Positions 40,652 through 49,150 of a stretch of DNA of 64,000 nucleotides are shown here, in pieces (the first letter of the stretch is position 1; every line of letters begins with the position of its first letter). The position numbers and the translations under genes were made by a program. Source of the DNA: an uncultured Candidatus Saccharibacteria bacterium (GTDB lineage: Bacteria > Patescibacteriota > Minisyncoccia > Phycocordibacterales > UBA9973); NCBI GenBank assembly GCA_964484005.1, contig CAZADR010000001.1, positions 135,819 to 199,818 of the forward strand, written 5' to 3'. The notes under the pieces were generated by a model. That model ran no database searches and had not been told where the DNA came from. It was given only the letters and a program-made list of their open reading frames with translations.

Positions 40652-41401
40652 TTATACTATTAATTTCTCTAAAATTTCAAGCTCCTCTTTAGAGTTTGCA
40701 CCTAATGCTTCATGTGGATCTATTTTTATTGTTTCAACTTTCTCTCCATTCTCTCCAGCAATTTGCCATAAATCAGTAAGATAATATTCATTTTGAGCAC
40801 TTTTGCTTCTGTCTATCTTTTTGAAATTATCCCATAGCCACTTTGCGTTGAAGGCATACAGGGATACATTTACTTCTGTTATTTTTTTTTCTTCTTTACT
40901 AGCATCTTTAAATTCTCGGTCTATGATTTTCCCATCTTTTCTCAAGACTCTTCCAAATCTCCAAAATGCTTTGCGCCAATCTTCAAAATCTGCGACTTCT
41001 GTGGTAGTAATCGTTATCTTGGCGTTTGAAGCCAAGTGTTTTGCAAGTAGATTTTTTATTGTTTCAGTTTTTATGAAAGGCTGGTCTCCCGAAATAACAA
41101 TAATGTTTTCTATGCCCTCACAGGCATCTTTTGTTACATAAACTGCGTGCCCTGTGCCCAATTGTTCTTCCTGAGTTACGTACTGATATTTATCTCCGAG
41201 TTCTTTTTTTACTAAATCTTTTTCATATCCCACTACAATTATAGGCTTGTTATCAATACCGGATTCTTCAACTGATTCCAGTAAATGCCTGATCATGTGT
41301 TGGCCTTTTAATTGAGCCAAAACTTTTGGTAGGGGACTCTCCATGCGGGTGCCTTTACCAGCCGCCAATATTATGATTTTTATTTTCTCTTCTTTCTCCA
41401 T
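40652..41401 (-). CDS. sugar-1-phosphate nucleotidyltransferase resembling the GlmU N-terminal (uridyltransferase) domain only
   Basis: The motifs are ILAAGKGTRM, QEEQLGTGHA, VISGDQP and EYYLTD. There is no left-handed beta-helix acetyltransferase domain. Confidence 0.75.
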   Translation of the reverse strand: MEKEEKIKIIILAAGKGTRMESPLPKVLAQLKGQHMIRHLLESVEESGIDNKPIIVVGYEKDLVKKELGDKYQYVTQEEQLGTGHAVYVTKDACEGIENIIVISGDQPFIKTETIKNLLAKHLASNAKITITTTEVADFEDWRKAFWRFGRVLRKDGKIIDREFKDASKEEKKITEVNVSLYAFNAKWLWDNFKKIDRSKSAQNEYYLTDLWQIAGENGEKVETIKIDPHEALGANSKEELEILEKLIV

Positions 41402-41445
41402 TTATAAGCAATTGTAGCATAGATTTATAGCAGGATAGAACCCTA

Positions 41446-41473
41446 TTGACTTTTACTAAAAATATGATACAAT
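41446..41473 (+). promoter_or_regulatory. sigma70-like promoter (TTGACT-N16-TACAAT) for the GC-rich gene
   Basis: ttgact at 41446 and tacaat at 41468. A strong Shine-Dalgarno aaggagag lies 4-11 nt before the ATG at 41556. Confidence 0.45.
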
Positions 41474-41555
41474 ACTACTAGAGCTACTGGTTAGTGGCCT
41501 GCCAAGCAGACCGCCAGAGCAAATTGTTGTTTTAATTTTTACTTAAGGAGAGATT

Positions 41556-42134
41556 ATGTCCAAGAAGTTTAAGGTTCCGACCCTCAGCGAGACCCAGGAA
41601 GAGCTCAAGTCGCTTCTCGAGCTCGCGAGCAAGTTCGAAGGTTTCAGGATTCGTCCGAACCTCAAGGACGAGTTTCAGCTCGCATCCAAGCTCCTCGAGG
41701 AGGGCAAGGACATGGAGGCAGTGAAGGCACTCCATGCTCTCATGGGTGGCATCAAGGCCACTCTCACCGGATTCTTCCGGGGATGTGGCAAGCACTTCGA
41801 CCACATGCGTGGTCAGCTCGAGGCAGAAGCCCCGTTCGAGAAAGACATCGCGAGTCGCGTCAAAAAGTCCCTCGATGAGGTGGAGGTCTACTCCAAGCTT
41901 CAGCTTGGGATGGACCTCAACAAGGCCCAAGAGCTCTACGCTTCTACGCTCGAAGTTCTCCGTTCTGCGGAGAAAGAGCAGAAGGAGAGGAGCACCATTC
42001 GCCGGCAGAGGCGAGAGGAAGAGAACCGGCTGCTGGAAGCCCAGCACGCCGAAGAGAACAAGGAGAGAGAGGCTCAGCGTCGGCAGAAGAACGCCGAAGG
42101 ACTTCGTAGTCTCGCGAATCTCATCAACATTTGA
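41556..42134 (+). CDS. hypothetical alpha-helical, charged protein (192 aa) with foreign GC3-rich codon usage
   Basis: Local GC is about 52-55% against an AT-rich background. Codons are dominated by AAG, GAG, CTC and TTC. It has its own promoter, a strong Shine-Dalgarno and a terminator. The other long ORFs over the same DNA (41532..42197 minus strand, and the 5' part of 41734..43404) are stop-free artefacts of GC3 bias. Confidence 0.6.
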   Translation: MSKKFKVPTLSETQEELKSLLELASKFEGFRIRPNLKDEFQLASKLLEEGKDMEAVKALHALMGGIKATLTGFFRGCGKHFDHMRGQLEAEAPFEKDIASRVKKSLDEVEVYSKLQLGMDLNKAQELYASTLEVLRSAEKEQKERSTIRRQRREEENRLLEAQHAEENKEREAQRRQKNAEGLRSLANLINI

Positions 42135-42157
42135 CCTGCGAATAGAACCGCAAGTCA

Positions 42158-42195
42158 AAAGCCCCGACAGAACATCGTCGGGGCTTTTTATTTTC
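42158..42195 (+). terminator. rho-independent terminator
   Basis: aaagccccgacag aacat cgtcggggcttttta tttt. Confidence 0.7.
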
Positions 42196-42255
42196 AATTT
42201 AAAAATATCTTATATAGGATATTGTAAAAAATATTTTTTGTGTTATAATATAAAA

Positions 42256-43404
42256 ATGAAGATAGCTACAAATGTAACAAGAGAATATCTTGGTGGAATA
42301 ACTAGATCTAACTTTAATTTTATTGATTCTATAAATGAAAAAGATAGAGGAATAATTGGTATCGAATTAAATGGAAGAAGGTATATGGAAGGTCCTACGA
42401 TCTTTAGACATTTTTCACCTGATTGGTTTAAACATCATATTGTAAATATTCACGATATTCCTATTCGTGAAGCTGTAAATTCGTCTAAAAATTTAAAAGA
42501 TCTGGAAAAAAAATATAGACCCATTATTAAAATAATTAAAGGAATCTTGTTAAAAGATAAGCCAGATGTTGTTTTTCTTAGTGGAACTTACTATGTCCCT
42601 TGGATTATTTCAATAGCTGCTTTTGAATTAAAAATACCGATTGTTTTAAGATATGCTGGCGTTTACTCAAAAGAAACTGAGAGTGCCAAGCCAAAAGCAA
42701 GAAAATTCTTTAATGAAATAGAAAAATCTTTTCAGAAAAGAGTTAGTCATTTTATTTTTCCATCACGACTATGTCTAGATGTGGTAGAAAAAGAAGTTTT
42801 AAAAAAACAGATTAAGAATGCTTTTATTGTTCCAAATTCCTTTAAAGTACCTGAGAATAAATCTATTTTTAATAGTGTAGAAAGGAGAATAGCCGCTGTA
42901 GGTAGATGGGATAAAATAAAAAACTTTGAAAGTTATTTTGAGATTCATAATATTTTAAAAAAAGAAGGTTGGAAGCATGAAGCTTCATTTGTTACAGGTG
43001 ATTCAAAAATAAAAAGTATTCCAAAAACAATAAATAGATTTACTTCTATGACGCACGATGAATTGTTGAAATTTTATTCATCCCAGGGGTTGATCATATG
43101 TCCATCATTATTTGAAACATTTGGTAATGTTCCAATGGAGGCAGTTTGTATGGGTATACCTGTTCTTGTTAGTGATAATATGGGGTGTGCAGAAGTTTTA
43201 CAAACAGCGGGACTTAGTAATATGGTTATGTCTTTTGAAAATTCTAAAAAAGTAGCAGAAAGGGTAAAAGAATTATGTGGTCAGCAAATACTTCCTAGGC
43301 AAATAAACAACCTAAGAAAAATATTAGACCCCAAGGCAACAAATGCTAAAATAATGTCTATTTTAAGAAATGCGATAGATAGTTCAGTTCGTGATTTGTT
43401 GTAG
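42256..43404 (+). CDS. glycosyltransferase family 4 (GT-B, group 1)
   Basis: The ATG is at 42256 (MKIATN...). The ORF-track start at 41734 is an artefact. The GT1 signature is LICPSLFETFGNVPMEAVCMGIPVLVSD. Confidence 0.8.
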   Translation: MKIATNVTREYLGGITRSNFNFIDSINEKDRGIIGIELNGRRYMEGPTIFRHFSPDWFKHHIVNIHDIPIREAVNSSKNLKDLEKKYRPIIKIIKGILLKDKPDVVFLSGTYYVPWIISIAAFELKIPIVLRYAGVYSKETESAKPKARKFFNEIEKSFQKRVSHFIFPSRLCLDVVEKEVLKKQIKNAFIVPNSFKVPENKSIFNSVERRIAAVGRWDKIKNFESYFEIHNILKKEGWKHEASFVTGDSKIKSIPKTINRFTSMTHDELLKFYSSQGLIICPSLFETFGNVPMEAVCMGIPVLVSDNMGCAEVLQTAGLSNMVMSFENSKKVAERVKELCGQQILPRQINNLRKILDPKATNAKIMSILRNAIDSSVRDLL

Positions 43405-43430
43405 GCATGCTCTTTGTGCTAAATCCCAAA

Positions 43431-43505
43431 TGGTGACCCTACCGGGAATCGAACCCGGATTACCGGCTTGAAAAGCCGATGTCCTAACCGTTAGACGATA
43501 GGGCC
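43431..43505 (-). tRNA. tRNA-Glu (anticodon TTC), CCA encoded
   Basis: The reverse complement is GGCCCTATCGTCTAACGGTTAGGACATCGGCTTTTCAAGCCGGTAATCCGGGTTCGATTCCCGGTAGGGTCACCA. Confidence 0.85.
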
Positions 43506-43551
43506 AATACTATGTAAAACAACATTATAACCTTAAACAACTTTTGGGTTT

Positions 43552-43599
43552 TTGAAAAGCCGATGTCCACTATATTCTAATTGGTTAGACGATAGGGCC
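43552..43599 (-). pseudogene. truncated tRNA-Glu copy (5' half only: acceptor, variant D-arm, anticodon stem-loop)
   Basis: The reverse complement is GGCCCTATCGTCTAAC[CAATTAGAATATAGTG]GACATCGGCTTTTCAA, then unrelated sequence. The flanks are identical to the intact gene 50 nt away, and the D-loop is divergent or expanded. Confidence 0.6.
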
Positions 43600-43673
43600 A
43601 TATAGCAGAAACAAAAACATAAACATCATAACATTTTTTGAAAAAATCGCAAAAAATGCTAGATTAAAACAAC

Positions 43674-43758
43674 GGAGATGTGGCAGAGAGGCTGAATGCA
43701 CCGGTTTCGAAAACCGGCATGCCGTAAGGCATCGGAGGTTCGAATCCTCCCATCTCCG
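43674..43758 (+). tRNA. tRNA-Ser (anticodon CGA), long variable arm
   Basis: GGAGATGTGGCAGAGAGGCTGAATGCACCGGTTTCGAAAACCGGCATGCCGTAAGGCATCGGAGGTTCGAATCCTCCCATCTCCG. Confidence 0.85.
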
Positions 43759-43766
43759 CACCCTTT

Positions 43767-45011
43767 TTATAGATAACCTATTTGCTTTAGTTTTGATATC
43801 CTATTCTTTTCAAACGGTCGGAGGTTTTTATTATCGAGAGATAAAACAAAAGTAGCTATTATTTCTGTGGGTATACCTTTTTCTTCACGGGCAAGGTGGA
43901 GCATAATTAAAAATTGTTCAAATTTAGCATCATCTCCTTTGGAGAGGGCAAATTCTCTTTCTAATATTTCAATTCCTTTTTCTTTTACATTTTTTATAAA
44001 AAGATCAAAATGTTCTCTTTGTTTAGTGTTGGCTAGGAGTCTTTCTTGTGTATTGTTAATTTGTGTAAGTTCTTGGGTATTATTTTGTTTTTTCTCATCT
44101 TCTTCAGAAACACTCAAACCTTTCCATTTTGTCGATAACAGCATATCACTTAGGCCGTCCTTTCTTTTTTCACCACCAGCCCGTCCAAAGTCGATGACAT
44201 AAACTTCTCCATTTTTGTCTAGCATTACATTTTGTTTGTGTAAATCATTGTGGTAGATTCCATTCTGATTTAATATACGCATTGTATTTTCTATTTTTTC
44301 AAAGACACTAGGCTCAAATTGAAAACCTTCTTTTTTGAGATATTTAAAAAGTTTCTCTTCGTTTCTATCAAAAGCAATAGCTTGGATTGATTTTATTTCT
44401 TCATGGCTTTCGGCACCCTCAGTATCTGCCCTTTCAAAGCCAATCTTTTCACCAACAATTTGTTCTTTTTGCGCATATTCTAAATCAGCAATGTATTCGT
44501 CTTCATAATCCATGTTTTTCAATGCAAAGTCATACATTATGGTTCCCAAGTCTTTACCGTCGATATAATCCATAATTATTATTTCTGCTCTGTCCTCTAG
44601 GTGTGCTCCGCGTATATTGAGTCGAGTTTTGGTTTTTTCACCAATTTCTTGGTCTCTAGCTGTGGTGGTATCTGGTATTTGGGCTGCATTTTTTTCTTTG
44701 GAAATAATTTCTCGCGCTTTCTTTTGCATCCTAAACTCGTAATCACCAAGGAGGGGGTTGTAAATTTTGAGTATCTTGATCGCCATTGCGTCTACTTCTT
44801 CGTTGGAAGAAATGACTCCATCTTCTACGAGAAGATGTCTCTCTTCTGGAGAGAGAGCACTTAAGTCTATTTTAAAAACAATACCATCCTTGCCCGCTCC
44901 GAGTTCTTTACTCTCAGCTAGCATGTGTTCTAGGATTTTATCCAATTTTTCGAGCGGTGTTTCTTCCTCTATTTTTTTAGGTTTCCTGTTGAAGTTAAAT
45001 TTTTCTTTCAT
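43767..45011 (-). CDS. protein-kinase-like fold phosphotransferase (ePK/APH/choline-kinase superfamily)
   Basis: The Gly-rich loop is GAGKDG, an AIK-like Lys is in AMAIKILK, the catalytic loop is HNDLHKQN and DFG is in VIDFGRA. The C-terminal ~120 aa are of unknown function. Confidence 0.6.
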   Translation of the reverse strand: MKEKFNFNRKPKKIEEETPLEKLDKILEHMLAESKELGAGKDGIVFKIDLSALSPEERHLLVEDGVISSNEEVDAMAIKILKIYNPLLGDYEFRMQKKAREIISKEKNAAQIPDTTTARDQEIGEKTKTRLNIRGAHLEDRAEIIIMDYIDGKDLGTIMYDFALKNMDYEDEYIADLEYAQKEQIVGEKIGFERADTEGAESHEEIKSIQAIAFDRNEEKLFKYLKKEGFQFEPSVFEKIENTMRILNQNGIYHNDLHKQNVMLDKNGEVYVIDFGRAGGEKRKDGLSDMLLSTKWKGLSVSEEDEKKQNNTQELTQINNTQERLLANTKQREHFDLFIKNVKEKGIEILEREFALSKGDDAKFEQFLIMLHLAREEKGIPTEIIATFVLSLDNKNLRPFEKNRISKLKQIGYL

Positions 45012-45938
45012 TTATTTTGCATTTAAGGCTAGGTAAATATCTTCAAGAGCGCGCACAGCGTCACCAGCGGCGATATTGTTTTGGTGGTAGAGCACATCAG
45101 TGCAGTCTCCTGCAGCCCAGATGCCGTGAGTTTCTGTTTTTTGGCTTTTGGCATCAATTTTTACTCTGCCTATTTGGTCTAGTGGAACCAAGTCTTTCAA
45201 GAATTCAGTATTAGGTATTTGTCCAATTTCCACAAATATTCCAGAGACTTTTAATTCTTTTTGTTCACCACTTATTTTGTCTTTATAGATTAATCCTTCA
45301 ACAAATTTGTCTCCCAATATTTCTAAAATATCAACATTTTTTATAGCTGACATTTTTGGGTTTTTCAATACTTTTTCTACAGTTACCTCATCAGCTCTAA
45401 AAGAATCACTTCTATTTAGAAGAGTTACAGATTTACAATAAGCGAGGAGCTGGGAGGCACTCTCAAATCCTGCATTACCTCCACCGATGACTGCTACATC
45501 CATACCGTCAAAAAGAGGTCCATCACAGGAGGCACAGTAGGTGAGTCCTTTGTGCTCGAGCCTGTCTGCACCTTTTGCGGTGAGTTTTCTCCTGCCACTA
45601 CCTGTGGCTATCAAAACTGTTTTTGATTCAAATTCTTTTCCAGATTCTGTTTTTATATTAAAATTTTCACCATTCTTTGAGACATTTGTTACTTTTTCTC
45701 CTTCCTTTACCTCGAGGCTGTCTCCGACATTTGCCATCACATGTTTTTTAAAGCCTTGCGCGAGCGCACTGCCTGAGATGGAAGTAGTTCCAATCCAGTT
45801 GTATATTTGCTCAGATACAATGCTCTGCCCACCCCATTCTGAGGTTATAAATAAAGTTTTAAGCCTTTTTCTAGCAGCATATACAGCCGCTGCACTGCCA
45901 GCGGGTCCACCGCCGACGATTATTAAATCATAAGTCAT
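45012..45938 (-). CDS. trxB: thioredoxin-disulfide reductase
   Basis: FAD GGGPAG is present, with the redox-active CASCDG and an NADPH GxGxxA motif. Confidence 0.9.
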   Translation of the reverse strand: MTYDLIIVGGGPAGSAAAVYAARKRLKTLFITSEWGGQSIVSEQIYNWIGTTSISGSALAQGFKKHVMANVGDSLEVKEGEKVTNVSKNGENFNIKTESGKEFESKTVLIATGSGRRKLTAKGADRLEHKGLTYCASCDGPLFDGMDVAVIGGGNAGFESASQLLAYCKSVTLLNRSDSFRADEVTVEKVLKNPKMSAIKNVDILEILGDKFVEGLIYKDKISGEQKELKVSGIFVEIGQIPNTEFLKDLVPLDQIGRVKIDAKSQKTETHGIWAAGDCTDVLYHQNNIAAGDAVRALEDIYLALNAK

Positions 45939-45977
45939 ATATTCTATTATACACTAGGCGTCAAGTTTTTGAATATT

Positions 45978-47180
45978 CTATTTTTTATTGCGTCTTAGGA
46001 AGGCTGGAACAGCGCTCCAGTCATCTCCATCATCTTCGATGATGTCTTCTTTCACTTCTTTTTTTTCTACTTTTTTAAAGTAATCATTGTTGTTGTTTAC
46101 AGCTGTATTTCCATTTTGGATGCTGTTATGAATTTCTTTTTTAATTACAGCGGGAGCTTCATCTTTTACTAGAGTTTGAGGGGCACTTGCAGGTGTGGTA
46201 TTAAATAAAGTTTTTCTAGGCATGTCAGCAGGGAAGCTGGTTGCGATGACAGTGACCTTGAGTTCTCCTTTTTTCAATTTTTCATCATGAATAGTTCCAA
46301 AAATAACTTTTGCATCTTTGTCTATTGATTCAGTAATTATTTTTGCTGCTTCTTGGATTTCGTTGATAGTTAGATCGTCTCCGCCAGAAATAGCAAAGAG
46401 GACACCCTTGGCACCGTGAATTGATACTTCAAGTAGGGGTGAGTTGATGGCAGCGAGTGCTGCTTTCTCTGCTCGTTTTTCTCCTGAAGCTCCTCCTATA
46501 CCCATGAGGGCTGAGCCAGCGTTGGACATGACGGCTTTTATATCGGCAAAGTCTACGTTTATTACTCCCGGAGTGGTTATAAGGTCAGAAATACCTTCTA
46601 CGGCTTGGCGTAATACATCGTCACATTTTACGAAAGCGTCTCTAAAATTAGTTGTATTTTCAGATAATTGAAGTAATTTGTCGTTTGGAATAATGATTAT
46701 TGCATCCACTTCTTTAGCCAATTCCTCTATTCCTTTTTCAGCTATTTTCATTCGGTGGTTTCCTTCAAAGAAGAATGGCTTGGTGACCACAGCTACAGTG
46801 AGTATGCCTTGCTCTCTTGCAGCTCGAGCGACGATAGGGGCAGCACCTGTTCCAGTACCTCCTCCCATTCCGCAAGCGAGGAAAATCATGTCCGCACCTT
46901 TGATAGTATCTTGAATTTCAGATTTTGTTTCTTCAGCTGCTTTTTTTCCTATCTCTGGATCCATGCCGGCACCGAGACCCTTGGTCAGATTCTTTCCGAT
47001 GTGAATTTTCTTTTCTGCCAAAGAGTGATGCAAATCTTGAGTATCTGTATTCATACAGATAAAAGAGACGCCTCTCACTTTGGAATTTATCATGTGGTTT
47101 ACAGCATTCTTTCCAGACCCTCCGATTCCGACAACCATAATGCGAGCGAAGCTCTCTATCTCTTGATTTATTTTTGGCAT
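45978..47180 (-). CDS. ftsZ: cell division GTPase FtsZ
   Basis: The tubulin signature GGGTGTG is present, with the T7 loop and a C-terminal conserved peptide. Confidence 0.95.
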   Translation of the reverse strand: MPKINQEIESFARIMVVGIGGSGKNAVNHMINSKVRGVSFICMNTDTQDLHHSLAEKKIHIGKNLTKGLGAGMDPEIGKKAAEETKSEIQDTIKGADMIFLACGMGGGTGTGAAPIVARAAREQGILTVAVVTKPFFFEGNHRMKIAEKGIEELAKEVDAIIIIPNDKLLQLSENTTNFRDAFVKCDDVLRQAVEGISDLITTPGVINVDFADIKAVMSNAGSALMGIGGASGEKRAEKAALAAINSPLLEVSIHGAKGVLFAISGGDDLTINEIQEAAKIITESIDKDAKVIFGTIHDEKLKKGELKVTVIATSFPADMPRKTLFNTTPASAPQTLVKDEAPAVIKKEIHNSIQNGNTAVNNNNDYFKKVEKKEVKEDIIEDDGDDWSAVPAFLRRNKK

Positions 47181-47339
47181 AATTTTACTTATTCTTTTGG
47201 TTAAATCCCGACGAGCTTTGCTGTCGGGATCCCGACTTTACGTCGGGACTTGTATGGAATCATACTATCACTAGAGCAAAAAAAAGCAAAGTTTTCACTT
47301 TTTTAGGTTAAAATCTATAAACTAAAAGTTACAAGCTAG

Positions 47340-48503
47340 CTACGGCATTAATTGTTTTATACCTGATTTTAAAGAGTTTTTGAGGTCTTTTAAAAGATTT
47401 GCAAAAGAACTTTCTCCATAGGTTCCGCCATCTTTGCCCGCTTGGAGTAGGCCCAAGACTGCAAAATAAGATGGGTCACGAAGTTTTGTTTTTACATTAC
47501 CAAAAATATCAGTTGTGCCGATGCTCGAAGGAAGTTTTAAAATTGATTTAGATACTTCTGCTAATCCAGCGGTATTTGCTCCTCCACCGACAAAAACAAT
47601 TCCGGCCGGCAAGAGCTCCGATCTTTTTATTTTTTTCAAATTATTTTCTATCAATTCAAAGATGTCGCAAAGTCGTGCTTCTACCACCTCATCAAATTTT
47701 TTCTTTGGGAATTCTTCATTTAGATTTCCAAGTTTTAAATCTTCTGCTTTGGAGAGTGAAATTTTAAATACGATAGCGAGGTCGTTGGTTATGTCAGTTG
47801 AACCAATTGAAAAAGTGTGAATCGAGACCAATGAACCATTTTCAAAAACTGAAAGGGAAGTAGTCTCTGCACCGATGTCTACCAGGGCCACCCCGACGAT
47901 CTTTTGTCTTTCGGATAAGACTATGTTGTTTATGGCCATGGGGGTAGCTATCACATCTATGGTCTCGACTCCTGCTTCAGCTACAGCTCCCAATAAGTCT
48001 TCTAAGTGCTGGATAGAATAGGTGACAAAGAGTGCCTTAGCCTCGAGCTTGGTGCCTCGCATGCCTTCTAGGCGCCCCAAAACCTCTCTGCCATCAAGCT
48101 TGAAAGAGATAGGGTAGACATGGATTATTTTTTTATTTCCTAGGTTTAGGTTGTCTTCACAATCTTGTAAGGCTTTATTTACATCTAAATTTGTTACTTC
48201 ACCGTCAGCTTTGGAGACGATGGTTCCACCAGTGCTCATCTCACCTTTTAAGGTTGTGCCAGAGAGGGAGACAAAGGCGCGTTTGATTTTTATATTTGAA
48301 GATTTTTCCGCGAGAGCTACGGCATTTTTTATGGAAGTAGTAGCTTGGTCAGAGTTTACGACATAGCCGTGCCTCATGCCGAGCGTGGCACTTTCGCCTA
48401 CACCAATAATTTTAGGATTTTTTTCTCCTTTTAAGAATTCTCCCACTACTACTTTTGTTGTAGAGGAGCCCACGTCTATTCCCACTGAAATATTTCTTAT
48501 CAT
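47340..48503 (-). CDS. ftsA: cell division protein FtsA
   Basis: It has an actin-like ATPase fold with IDVGSSTTKVVVG at the N-terminus and DIGAETT phosphate 2. Confidence 0.9.
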   Translation of the reverse strand: MIRNISVGIDVGSSTTKVVVGEFLKGEKNPKIIGVGESATLGMRHGYVVNSDQATTSIKNAVALAEKSSNIKIKRAFVSLSGTTLKGEMSTGGTIVSKADGEVTNLDVNKALQDCEDNLNLGNKKIIHVYPISFKLDGREVLGRLEGMRGTKLEAKALFVTYSIQHLEDLLGAVAEAGVETIDVIATPMAINNIVLSERQKIVGVALVDIGAETTSLSVFENGSLVSIHTFSIGSTDITNDLAIVFKISLSKAEDLKLGNLNEEFPKKKFDEVVEARLCDIFELIENNLKKIKRSELLPAGIVFVGGGANTAGLAEVSKSILKLPSSIGTTDIFGNVKTKLRDPSYFAVLGLLQAGKDGGTYGESSFANLLKDLKNSLKSGIKQLMP

Positions 48504-48825
48504 ATTTTTCTTCTAGTTTCTCCATTGTACTACTATGTTCGAGACCTTTCAAATGAAGCATTCCGTGGATAACTAAAAATCCTACTAATTTGTCAAAATC
48601 TCTACCGTATTTTTTTGAGTCAGCTTCTTTTTTTATCACATCCGAACAAAGTATGAGTTCTCCCATACCCTTGCGCAAAGCAAAAGATAAGACATTTGTA
48701 GCCTTATCTTTATTTCTATATTTTTTATTAAGTTCTCTAGATTTTTTTTTATCTACAAAAGCGATAGAGAGGGTGTAGTCTTTACCCAAAATATCGTTTT
48801 TAATATTTAGAAATTTTTTCTCCAT
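48412..48825 (-). CDS. ybeY: rRNA maturation endoribonuclease YbeY
   Basis: The motif is HGMLHLKGLEH. The N-terminus is LSIAFVDKKKSRELNKKYRNKDKATNVLSF. The 3' end overlaps the ftsA start by about 92 nt. Confidence 0.85.
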   Translation of the reverse strand: MEKKFLNIKNDILGKDYTLSIAFVDKKKSRELNKKYRNKDKATNVLSFALRKGMGELILCSDVIKKEADSKKYGRDFDKLVGFLVIHGMLHLKGLEHSSTMEKLEEKYDKKYFSGNRRGLLYNKSSSGRILKRRKKS

Positions 48826-48827
48826 TT

Positions 48828-49061
48828 CTACTTAGTTACCATTTTTCCGAGTTTTTTGAGTTTCTCTATTTCTAGTCTTCGGCTTTTTCTTTTTAGAGCA
48901 CTTTTCTTGATTTTAAGTTTGGATTCTTTTCTTTCGTTATAGCGAGCACCTTTAACCTTTCGGATAATGCCCGACTCCTGAATCCTACGAGAAAATCTTC
49001 GCAAAATGCTTGAATTGTTTTCGTTTGGGTTTTTCTTAACCTCTATTACTGTTTTTGCCAT
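48828..49061 (-). CDS. rpsU: 30S ribosomal protein S21
   Basis: It is a basic 77-aa protein with the pattern LRRFSRRIQESGII..ARYNERK...ALKRKSRR. Confidence 0.75.
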   Translation of the reverse strand: MAKTVIEVKKNPNENNSSILRRFSRRIQESGIIRKVKGARYNERKESKLKIKKSALKRKSRRLEIEKLKKLGKMVTK

Positions 49062-49150
49062 ATAGCCCTAAGGTTACCATAAAAAATATTTTTAGCAAGT
49101 TTTTAGGCCTTTTTTATTGACTTTTTGAAGAAAAAATATAATATACATAT

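Noticed and set aside
41734-42255. N-terminal 174 codons of the 556-aa ORF 41734..43404, and the 221-aa minus-strand ORF 41532..42197
   Set aside because: Both lie over the GC3-rich gene 41556..42134. Stop codons are simply rare in the off-frames of GC3-biased DNA. The glycosyltransferase has a proper ATG (MKIATN) at 42256 in AT-rich sequence after the terminator.
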